Notes under the pieces: generated by a model
What the model was told of the DNA's origin: nothing
The model's input: only the letters and a program-made list of their open reading frames with translations
Database searches by the model: none
Made by a program: the position numbers and the translations under genes
NCBI GenBank assembly: GCA_014905635.1
Contig: JABVCE010000012.1
Span: 372,001-436,000 of the forward strand
Direction: 5' to 3'
DNA length: 64,000 nucleotides
Source of the DNA: Scenedesmus sp. PABB004
Lineage: Eukaryota
Shown: positions 47,532-57,949 of the stretch, in pieces
Numbering within the stretch: position 1 is the first letter of the stretch
Layout of the letters: each line of letters begins with the position of its first letter

Positions 47532-50115
47532 ATGGCGCTGGGCGGGCCTCCAGCAGGGCTGGCGCGGCCGGCCCGGCGGCGCGCGGCCCTGCTGCTGCTG
47601 CTCGTGGCGGCAGTCGCGGCAGCGGGCGGCGGGCGCGGCGCGGCCGCCGCGCCGACGCCCGTGCCGCCCCTCGCGCGGCCGGTGGGCGCCGCGGGCGCCG
47701 CGGGCGCGGCGGCGGCGGCGCCGCTGCTGGCGCCGGCGCAGGAGCGCGCCGCGGCGGCGCCGCTCCCGGCTGCTGCGGCCGCTGCACCCGCGGCGCCGCC
47801 GGCGGCCGACGCGCCGCCGGGCGTGCCGCGCCTGGAGCTGGCCAAGTGGAACCGCGCGTACGTGCTGCGGCTGAGCAACGTGAGCGACGCGGTCAACGCC
47901 GAGTACCTGGTCGTCCCGGAGACCTGCCGCGCCGAGGGCTTCGACTCGGAGCCGTCGGCAGCGCCGCTCGACGCGTGCTTCACGCGCCGCAACGACGCTG
48001 GGCTGATTGACTACTGGGTCAAGAAACCGGGTGCGCCGCGGGCGCGGGGGCGGGAGGCTGAGGGGCCGCAGCGCGGGAGGAGGCTGAGGGCACGGGCGCG
48101 CTCGAGCGCGCGCCGACGCGCGGGCGCGCCGCCCCGCCGCGCCGCCGCGCCGCGCAGGCGACTGGCGCGTGAACAGCAACTGCTACTGCTACGCGCTGAA
48201 CGTCTACCGCGGCGGCTTCTGCATCCCTGGCCGCGGCAGCGCGGTCATCACGGCCGCGATGAAGGGCGGCGCGGCGCCGACGTGCGAGCTCATGACCGCC
48301 GCGCTGCTCGCCGATGGCGCGCGCGAGGTGCCGCGCGCGGCCGCGCTCGGGCCGCAGCCGGCGGCGGGGCACTACATCGGCCTGCTCGTGCGCCCGCGCG
48401 GCTGCAACCCCTACCACTGCTGGGAGCAGGCGCGCGCGCCGCGCCGCCGCGCCGCGCCGCGCCGCGCCGCGCCGCGCCTGCAGCTCGACGGGGCCGGCCC
48501 CCTCGCCGGCGGCCTGCGCCACGTGGCGAGGCCGGGGCGTGCGGCGCCGGCGGCGCCTGACGCCCGCCGCCGCCCGCCGCGCGCGCGCAGGACTTTCACG
48601 CCGTGCGCCGCGACGCGGGCGGCCTCTGGAGCTGGAAGGAGCCCGGCGGGCCCGCGAGCGACGCGGACCTGCACGGCGCCAAGATCTCCGACCCCGAGGC
48701 CGCGGTGCTGCCGGGGCACTACAGCTTCTGCGCCTACTTCCACGTCGAGCCGGCGCGCATGACCATCGGCGGCGACTTTGGCGGCGACTTCACCGGCGGG
48801 TGGAGCCTCAAGGCGCTGTCAGACTTTTACCGCCGCCTGCCGGGCGTGGACGTGCGGCTGGCGGTGAGCGCGCCGTACGCGCCGTCGACCGACGGCGCGC
48901 CCGACCGCTGGGCGGCGAAGCAGCTTGAGGAGGACCTGCGCTGGGAGGCAAAGCGCGGCACGCCGGAGTGGGACGCGTGGGCCGCGGCGCAGCGGGCCGG
49001 CGCCGGCGCGGGCGCGGCGGCGGCCGCGGCCGCGCGCGCGCGGTGCCGGCGGCGGCGGCGGCGGCGGCGGCCACGACGTCACCAACCTCTACGGCCGCGG
49101 CGCCCCGCCCGGCGGCGGCGCCGAGTTGCCCGGCGCCGCGACCAACCTGCAGGCGCGGCCGGCGGCCGACGCGCTCGGCCGCGGCGCAGCGCCCGGCGGG
49201 CAGGCGGCGGCGGCGGCGGCGGCGGCGACAGTCGTGCAGCCAGCGCAGCCGGCGGCAACAGTGCAGCCGGTGCAGCCGGTGGTGCTGCCGCAGCCGGCAG
49301 CGGCTTTGCAGCCCACCGCGGCAGCAACGGCGCAGCCCGCCGCGGCAGCGGCGGCAGCAGCGCAGCCCACGGCCCTGCCCGCCGCGGCAGCAACGGCGCA
49401 GCCCGCCGCGGCAGCGGCGGCAGCAGCGCAGCCCGCGGCCCAGCCTGCCGCGGCGCAGCCCGCCGCGGCAGCGGCGGCAGCAGCGCAGCCCACGGCCCTG
49501 CCCGCCGCGGCAGCAACGGCGCAGCCCGCCGCGGCAGCGGCGGCAGCAGCGCAGCCCGCGGCCCAGCCTGCCGCGGCGCAGCCCGCAGCGGCAGCGGCGG
49601 CGGCAGCGCAGCCCACGGCCCTGCCCGCCGCGGCAGCAACGGCGCAGCCCGCCGCGGCAGCGGCGGCAGCAGCGCAGCCCGCGGCCCAGCCTGCCGCGGC
49701 GGCGCAGCCCGCAGCGGCAGCGGCGGCGGCAGCGCAGCCGGCGGCCGCAGCGGCGGTGGTCGCGGCGCAGGCGGCGGCGGCGGCGGCGGCGCAGCCGGCG
49801 CTGCTGCCGGCAGCGGCGGCGGGCGCCGCCAACGCAAGCACGCCGCTCGCGTTCAGCAGCCTGCCCACGAGCGCAGCTGCCGCGGACGGCACCAAGCCCC
49901 GTCGGCCGGCAACCACGGCCGTCGCGTCGCGCGCTGCGGCGCCGCCCGTGCGCCCGACCGCGGCGCCAGGCCGGGTGCCGGGGCTGCCCGCGGCGCCGGC
50001 GCTGACGCCGGCCGCCGCGGCGGCGCAGCGCGCGCGCGTGACCGCGCGCCGGCTGCTCGGGCGGCTGGCCGGTGAGCCGCGGCGCTCTGGCGACGCCGGC
50101 CGCGTCGCGCGCTGA
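47532..50115 (+). CDS. Secreted protein with NCYxYA / DFH / WSxK motif domain and Ala-Gln-Pro repeat tail
   Basis: Signal-like AALLLLLVAAVAAA; exons NSNCYCYALN..PGRG, HYIGLLV, DFHAVRRDAGGLWSWKEPGG..KISDPE..YSFCAYF; frame change near 49030. Confidence 0.7.
49321..49740 (+). repeat. 123-bp (41-codon) coding tandem repeat, about 3 units
   Basis: CCCACGGCCCTGCCC recurs at 49366, 49489 and 49612. Confidence 0.92.
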
Positions 50116-50526
50116 GCAGCGCCCCCGCCCGACTGACAGTTTTGACGCCGCGCGCGCGGGGCGGCGGCAGCCCATGCGTGCTTTGCGACACGAGCACGCG
50201 CCTCGGCTGGCCCCCCGCGCGCCGCACCCCGCATTGCGACCAACCACCCCCCTGACGACGACTGCGCAGCACTAGTGTACTGTCGCCGCGCGCTGCTGTT
50301 TTTGTGTTCGTTCTGCGCGTGAACGGGCGACAGCTCGGGCCACCCCATTCCTTGTCTGGCGCGCGGCCGGGAAACTCAACCCCTGATTACCGCAGCAAAC
50401 TCCCCCCCACGGTCGGCGCCGCGCTCGGTCGCCAGCGCCGCCGCCGCGGCACGCAGCGCGGCATGCGCCCCACAGACAGCCCTGCTGCCGCGCGCTCGCT
50501 TCGCTGCGCGATGCTCACACGCCAGC

Positions 50527-51535
50527 TCACTCGGGCTGCGCCCGGATCCACGCGACCACGGCCTCGCGGCCATGGTCCGCCGCCACGTCCTCGCACTCAG
50601 CGCGCCGCCACCGGCAGCCGTTGGCGCGCAGCCAGCGCAGCACCTCCAGGTGCCCGTTCGCAGCCGCAAATTGGCACACCTTGTCGCTCCACGGCGCGGG
50701 CTTGGCCTGGGCGCGCGCCCAGCGCAGCACCTCCAGGTCGCCGCGCCGCGCAGCGACGTGGCACACCCCGAACAGCGAGTCACCCCAGGGCAGCGGCGGC
50801 GCCTGCGCGCGCGCCCAGCGCAGCACCGTCATGCGCCCGCCCTCGGCTGCCCCGCGGCACACGTCCTGCAGGTCCAGCCCCTCGCCGCGCGCCCACTCCA
50901 GCACGGCGAGCTGGCCGGCGCGCGCTGCTGCCCAGACCATGCCGTCCACCATAATCCCTCTGCCTGTGTCATACACGCGGCCCATGTCGCAGCCGGCGCC
51001 GCGCAGCCAGGCAAGCCCCGCCACATCGCCGCACGCCGCGCGCGCCCTGGCCAGCCGCAGCTGCTGCTGCCCCGGGCCGTCCTGCGCCGCCCGCCAGGCC
51101 TCCCGCACCGCCGCGAGCGGCAGGTCGGGGCAGCGCAGCGAGACGCGTCTGGCGCCGCGGAAGCGCTCGCGCGCCGCCTTGCAGACCAGCTTGGCGGCCC
51201 ATGCCTGCAGGGCCGGCGACCAGAGGCCCAGGACGTGGAGCACGAGCGGCTCGGGCAGCTCCGGCAGCGCGCTGCAGGCGCGCGGCGGGGGCGGGCAGGC
51301 GGGCGGGGCGGGCGGCGAGCGGTCAGGCGGCGCCTGCTGCTGGCGGCGGTGGCTTGTGGGCGGCGCGTGCGGCGCCGGGCAGCACCAGCCAGAGAGCACC
51401 AGCAGCAGCAGCAGCGGACCCACACCTCGCCGCCGCCTCCACCCCAGCCAGCGCCTCGCCTGCCGCTGCTGCGGCCGCCGCGTGCGCGCTCGTGGTCGGC
51501 CCTGCGTGCCGCTTGCTCGCCGGCGCAGCAGACTT
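50527..51535 (-). pseudogene. F-box + ankyrin-like repeat protein, copy G; family start codon mutated
   Basis: ACC-ATG-TCT of other copies reads ACC-AAG-TCT (51535-51533). Exon 2 51271-50527 is still open to WIRAQPE*. Confidence 0.65.
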
Positions 51536-52317
51536 GGTGCCGCTTCTGACAGCCTGCGGGCCACCCGGGAGCAGCAGGCGGGGCACCGGCAGCGGGCAAG
51601 CGCGCGGGCGGCGTGAGCGCGGCAGCAGCAGCGCGCAGCCCCCGCCCCCGCCCCAGCGCGGCGGCGCGGCTGCGGGCCCGCCAGCGGCGCCCAGGGCGCG
51701 CAGGCCCGGCGGCCCACGCGACACGCCCGCCCGCAGCGCACCGCCACAGCCCCGGCCGCCCGCAGCGGGCGCCGCGCAGCGCGGCCCGCCCGCCGCCGCT
51801 GCCCTCCCCGCCTGCCCGCGCGCGCGGCTCGCCTGGCGTTGCGCTGGGCGGCACGAGCTAGTCACCAGGCGCCCGCAGGTCCGCGCCCCGCCTGGCCAGG
51901 GGCGCGCCGCGGGCGGGGGCGGGCGGTGCGATTCGAACGGCGGCGCGCTGTGAGGGCTGTGATCACGGACTGAGGACTGAGGGCGGCGGCTGTGGGCGGC
52001 GCGGCATGCGGGGGGCCTCCTCGGCGGCGCGGGCAGCCGGCGGGCGCAGCGCCTGCGCCCTGGGCCCTGCACCACCGCCCCCGCGCCGCGGCCGCTGCGG
52101 GCGCGGCGCGATGACGTGCCGCCGCTGCCGCCACCGCAGTGCTCGGCGGCGTGGGAGCGTGTGCGCGAGGCCCGCCGAGGCGGCGCGGTCGGCCGGTTGC
52201 CAGCGCGCGCGCCGCTTCGCTCCGGCCCGCTGCTGCCAGCGCCAACTCTCGTCGCCACGCTGTCACCACGCCGCGCACAGCTGGCTGCCTCCCGCCACGG
52301 GCACCAAAGCCGGCGGC

Positions 52318-53536
52318 TCACTCAGGCTGCGCCTGGATCCACGCGAGCATGGCCTCGTCGCGACGCCACGCCGCCGAGCGCTCGCACTTGGCGCGCTCCC
52401 ACGGGCAGCCGTTGGCGCGCAGCCAGCGCAGCGCCTCCAGGTGCCCGTTCGCAGCCCCCCCCCCCCCCCCGCACACCCACTCGTTCCACGGCGCGGGCTC
52501 GCCCTGTGCGCGCGCCCAGCGCGGCATCTCCAGGTCGCCGCGCCGCGCAGCGTAGTAACACACGTGGGTGCCCCACGGCAGCGGCGGCGTCTGCGCGCGC
52601 GCCCAGCGCAGCACCGCCAGCTGACCGTGCCAGGCTGCTCCGGTGCACACGCCCCGCAGGTCCAGCCCCTCGCCGCTCGCCCACTCCAGGACGGCGAGGT
52701 GCCCCTTCCGAGCCGCCGCCACGCACGCCCGCTCGTCCCACAGTGCAGGCTCGGCCTGGGCGCGCGCCCAGCGCAGCATCTCCAGGTCGCCGCGTTCCGC
52801 AGCGAAGAGGCACACGAGGTCGCCCAGCGCCAGCGGCGGCGTCTGCGCGCGCGCCCAGCGCAGCACGCACAGCTGCCCGCCCATGGCTGCGCCCTCACAC
52901 ACAAGCTGCAGGTCCAGCCCCTCGTCGCGCGCCCACTCCAGCACGGCGAGCTGGCCGGCGCGCGCTGCGCCCAATGCAACAAAGGCCAGGTCGTCGCAGC
53001 CGGCGCCGCGCAGCCAAGCCAGCCCCGCCACGTCGCCACACGCTGCACGCGCTTCCGCCAGCCGCGACTGCTGCTCCTCATCAACCCCCGCTGCCCGCCA
53101 GGCCTCCTGCACCGCCGCCAGCGGCAGGTCGGGGCAGCGCAGCGAGACGCGTCTGGCGCCGCGGAAGCGCTCGCGCGCCGCCTTGCAGACCAGCTTGGCG
53201 GCCCACACCCGCAGGGCCGGCGGCAGGAAGCTCAGGACGTGCAGCACGAGGGGCTCGGGCAGCTCCGGCAGCGGGCTGCTGGCACGGGCGGGGGCAGGCA
53301 GGCGGGCAGGGCGGGCGGCGAGCGGTCAGGCGGCGCCTGCTGCTGGCGGCGGTGGCTTGTAGGCGGCGCGTGCGGCGCCGGGCAGCACCAGCCAGGGGGT
53401 GCCAGCAGCAGCGGCAACGGACCCACCTCGGCGCCGCCTCCGCCCCAGCCAGCGCCTCGCCTGCCGCCGCTGCGGCCGCCGCGCGCGCGCGCGTGGTCGG
53501 CCCGGCGCGCCGCTTGCCCGCCGGCGCAGCAGACAT
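52318..53536 (-). CDS. F-box + ankyrin-like repeat protein, copy H (intact; duplicated a-b-c block; in-frame G16 tract)
   Basis: Exon 1 53536-53427, exon 2 53278-52318; ends WIQAQPE*. Confidence 0.87.
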
Positions 53537-54384
53537 GGTGGTGCCGCTTCTGACAGCCTGCGGGCCACCAGGGAGCAGCAGGCGGGGCACCGGCAGCGTG
53601 CGGGCGAGCGCGCGGGCGGCGTGAGCGCAGCAGCAGCGCGCGGCGCCCGCCCCCGCACTTGCGCGGCGGCGCGGCGGCGGGCCTGCCAGCGGCGCCCGGG
53701 GCGCGCAGGCCCGGCGGCCCACGCGACACGCCCGCCCGCAGCGCACCGCCACAGCCCCGGCCGCCCGCAGCGGGCGCCGCGCAGCGCGGCCCGCCCGCCG
53801 CCGCTGCCCTCCCCGCCTGCCCGCGCGCGCGGCTCGCCTGGCGTTGCGCTGGGCGGCACGAGCTAGTCACCAGGCGCCCGCAGGTCCGCGCCCCGCCTGG
53901 CCAGGGGCGCGCCGCGGGCGGGGGCGGGCGCGGGGCGGCGGCGGCGCGTGCGGGCGCTCGTGTGCGCCGCAGCCGGCGCTTGTGTGTGTGCGGGTGTGTG
54001 TGGCAGGGGGGCTGAGGCGGCTGTGGGTGGCGGGGCGGCGCGCGCGGGGGCCTCCTCGGCGGCGGCGCGGTCAGCCGGCCGGCGGCGCCTGCGCCCTGGG
54101 CCCCGCACCGCCGCCCGCGTGCGGCCGCTGCCGGGCGGCGCGGCGTGGTGACGTGCTGCCGCCAGCGCCCGGCGACGGCGCGGGAGCATGTGCGCGCGGC
54201 ACGCCCGGGCGCGCTGCTTGCGCGGTGGGGCAGGTAGCAAAGAGTTGTGGGTTGCCGCTCGCCCCGACCCCTCGGGCGCCGCCAACTCCCTTCTCCTCCG
54301 CCGCACGCGCTCTTCCGCCGCCGCCACCGCCGCCACTGCCGCCGCAACCGCCTGCCGCCACACACGCGAAGCACGGCGCCGCGC

Positions 54385-56860
54385 TCAGTGCACGTGGCTG
54401 CACGCGGGCTCGCGGATGGTGCCCTTGATGTCCGGCGGCGGCAGGCTGTCCACGTCCAGGCTCGCGTCCAGCTCGGAAAACGTGCTGCGCGCGGCGGCGG
54501 CGGTCGCGGCGGCGGTCTCGGGGTGAGGCACGCGCATCCCGCCCCGCGCGCCCGCCGCGCGCCGCAGCCCGGTGCCCGCGGCGCCCGCGTGCCCGGCGCA
54601 GCGCGGCGCGGCGTGCGGCGCTCACGTGAAGAAGGCCAGGAAGTGGCGGTGCGCGAGCGCGACGTCGGCCGCGCCGCACATCTCGCGGATGCTGTGCATG
54701 CTGAGCTGCGGCATGCCCACGTCGACGGTGCGGCAGCCGAGCGCGTGCGCGAGGATGGGGCCGATCGTGCTGCCGCAGGGCACGTCGTTGCGCACGCAAA
54801 ACTCCTGCGTCGGCGCGCCCGCGCGGCGCCCCACCTCCCTGCCGCCGCGCGGCGCGGCGCGCGGGCGGCGTCGGCGGCGCCGGCGACATCGGCATCTGCC
54901 GCGGCGGGCGCGGGCGCGCCGCGCCTCTGGCCCTGCCCCGCCTCCCGCCTCCCCTTCTGCCCCGCGGCGCGGCGCGCCTGAAGAGCGCGGCGCTGAGCGC
55001 GTTGGTCGCGTAGCGCTGGTTGGCGTTGTGTTTGATCACGAGGCCGCCGTGGAAGGACGGCGCGTGCAGCGGCTCGTGCTTGTCCGTGTAGTTGGGGTGC
55101 AGCGCGTGCGCCATGTCGGCGCTCACCAGGAAGCTCTGCCGCAGCGTGCGCTCCACCGCGCCCTCCTCGCCCTGCGCGCGCGCGCACGCGGCGGCGGCGG
55201 ACGCGGCGGCGAGGTCGGCGCCCGCAGCAGCCGCCGCGACACGCCCGCGCCCTGCAGCGCCGCCGCCGCGTCGGCACTGCTCAGCGACGCGTCGGCGGCG
55301 GCCGCAACGAAGGGCATCGCGGGCGTCACGACGCGTCGCTGAGCAACGCCAACGCCGCGGCGGCGCTGCAGGCGGCGGGCATATCGCGCCGCGCGCCCGC
55401 GCGCGCTCGGCGCCCCCGCTGCTGCCGCCGCGCCTGCGCGAGCTGGCGCGCGACGCGCGTGATGGTGTCGCGCATGACGGGCCCGCCCGCGCCCTGCGCG
55501 CTGTCGCTGCCGACCTCCTCGTGGTCAAACATCGCGACCGACCGCACCGCCGCCTCGCCGTCGAGCGCGTCCGGCGCCGCGACCGAGTCGATCAGCGCCT
55601 GCGCGCCGCGGCGTGAGCGAGCAGCGAGCAGCACCTCGCGCGCGGGCACGCCGCAGGCGCGTGCGCGCCGCCGTGCCGCCCGCCGGCCCGCCCGCCGGCG
55701 CCGCCCGTGTCCCGCGCCCGCCGCCGCGCGTGCCGTGGCGCCGGCCGTCCCCCCTCGCCGCGCACCTCGAGCGCAGTGTAGCATGAGGCGAGGTTGTCGA
55801 GCCGCCCCGCAAACACAAACTCGTCGCCCGCGCCGCCGAGCACGCCCGGCTGGACGTCGCACACGGTCAGCTCCATGTCCACGATGTCCCCCGGCGCGCA
55901 GCCCAGCTCGCGCGACACGAGCTCCAGCAGCGCCGCGTGGTGCGCGCCCGTGACGTCGCCGGGCGGGCCCGCGGCCGGCGCGGGCGGCGCGGCCGCGGGC
56001 GCGGGCGCGGGCGCGCCGTCCGCGGCCGTGGCGGCCGCGGGCGCGGGCTGCGGCGGCATGGCGCGGCGGGTCGCGGGTCGGCGCGCGTCGGCTCGCCGCG
56101 CGGGTCGCGGCTCGCGCCGCGCCGGCTCGCCGCCCCCGCCTGGGCCGCCGCGCCGCGCGCCGCGCGCGCAGCGCCGCCGCAGGATCACCTTTGGCACGGT
56201 GCAGAGCACGGGCTTGAGGTGGTCCTGGAAGTTTGGCTTGAAGCCCTCTGTGTAGAGGTTGCGCTGCAGGTGGATGGCGAGCATGGGGATGCGCAGCACG
56301 GGGCGGTCCACCTTGACCAGCCTGGCGGGTGGTGGCAAGCCGCAGCGGCGGTCGCGCGGAGGAAGAACGCGTGAGCCGGGCCGCCGGCGCGGCGGCGGGC
56401 CGGGGCCGCGGGGCGAGGGGCGCGGGCCGCGGGCGCCGCACCGGTGCGTGAGCTTTGCGCCGTCGCGCACGAGCACGCGGCCGGCGAGCCCGAGGTCGCG
56501 GTCAAACCAGGTGTACCACAGCCCGCCGCCGTACGTCTCCACGCCGACCGTCTGGCACCCGCCCGACGCGCTGCGGCTCACCGGCTTGACCTGCGCGCAG
56601 CGGCGGCGGCGCCGGCGGCGCGGCAGCGCGGCGGTGTTGGCGGCAGGGGCTCCGGGCGCGCCGCCGCCGCCGCCCGCCGCCGCCGCCGTGCTGCGCCGTG
56701 GGCCCGCGCCGCCGCGCCGCGCCCGCCGCACGCGCCTTGAGGCAGGGGCTGTCCGTGTGGGCGCCGACCATGTAGAAGGGCCCGCCGGGCGCGAAGCGCG
56801 CCCCGATGGCAAACGCGACGAGCGTGCTCATGTTGCGCGTGAAAAAGTACTTGCCGCCTG

Positions 56861-56892
<32 letters not shown>

Positions 56893-57576
56893 TGATGGTG
56901 ACAAGGGCGGTGAGCCGGGTGGGCGCGCGGGCAGCGCGCTGCGGGGTGGCGGCGCGCTGACGGAGCCGCGCAGCCGGCGGGCGGCGGCGGAGAGGGGCGG
57001 CGGAGAGGGGCGGCGGGCGGTCGGGCGCGCGCACCCGGCTTGAGCGCCCACGCGTCCTTCTCCGCGATGTGCGTGAACCCCGCCGCGAGCAGGCGGCGCG
57101 ACGCCTCCTCGACTGCGGCCGGCGCGCGCGGCGGCACCGCGCGTCGGCGGCCGCCCGGCCGCTGCGCGCTGCGCGCTGCCGCCGCCGCCGAGACCGCGCC
57201 GCGGGCCCCACGGTGTGTGGGCGCACCCACCGGCGTGGTAGGGCGTCCACGCGGCGTTGATGAAGGCCAGCATGTCGGTCGCCCGCGCGCGCGCCTCCTC
57301 GGGGCTCACCGCCCCTGGCGCGGCGGCCGGCGCCGCGTCCGCCGCCGACATGGGGCCCGCCGCGTCCTCAGCGGCCGCGGAGGTGGTGCTGCTGGCGCTG
57401 CGGCGCGGCGCGGCGCCGCGCGGCCACGACGGAGCAGCGGCGGCGGCGCTGCTGCGGGCGCGGCGCTGCTGCGGCGCCTGCTGCGGTGCCTGCTGCGTGC
57501 AGCTGCGCTGCGTGGCGGCCCAGGAGCGTGCCGCGCGGATCTGGCAGGCGCGGCGGGCGCCGAGGGCAAGACGCAT
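54385..57576 (-). CDS. DNPEP: Aspartyl aminopeptidase (peptidase M18) with putative transit peptide
   Basis: [85 protein letters not shown]. Confidence 0.96.
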
Positions 57577-57949
57577 CAAGGCCCGGCCGGGGAGGGCGTC
57601 CTTCACGCCCAGGCGCACGGCGGTGATTGGGAGTCCGTGTGAGGCTGACCGGGGCCGGCCGCAGCGACGGAAAGCAATCAAACGAGACTTGGGGTGCTGG
57701 GGTTCGCGAGCCCTGCTGCTCGCTGGTCACGCTCCCGCGCGCGTCAGCGACGCCACTCTCGAGCCGGCATCACCAGCGCGTCCACCGCGCGCCGCGGGGG
57801 CTCATTCCCGCCTCGCTGCTGCCCCGGATAGTGCCGACCCACCGACGTACTGCTCGTCGGCCCCGCGCAGCGCGACAGCTCGCGACGCCCGCGGCCATGC
57901 CCGGCCTGGCGCTGGCGGGCCTCGCCCCGCCGGGAGTGCGCCCTCCAAC

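Larger units (their letters stand above)
50527..54310 (-). repeat. Head-to-tail tandem pair of F-box/ankyrin cassettes, copies G and H
   Basis: G gene + leader 50527-52210, spacer 52210-52317, H gene + leader 52318-~54310. The proximal leaders are nearly identical. Confidence 0.9.

Noticed and set aside
352..53536. Cassettes as part of an endogenous giant virus region
   Set aside because: No NCLDV hallmark genes; the flanking genes are ordinary intron-rich eukaryotic genes; the cassettes have host-like GC and spliceosomal introns.
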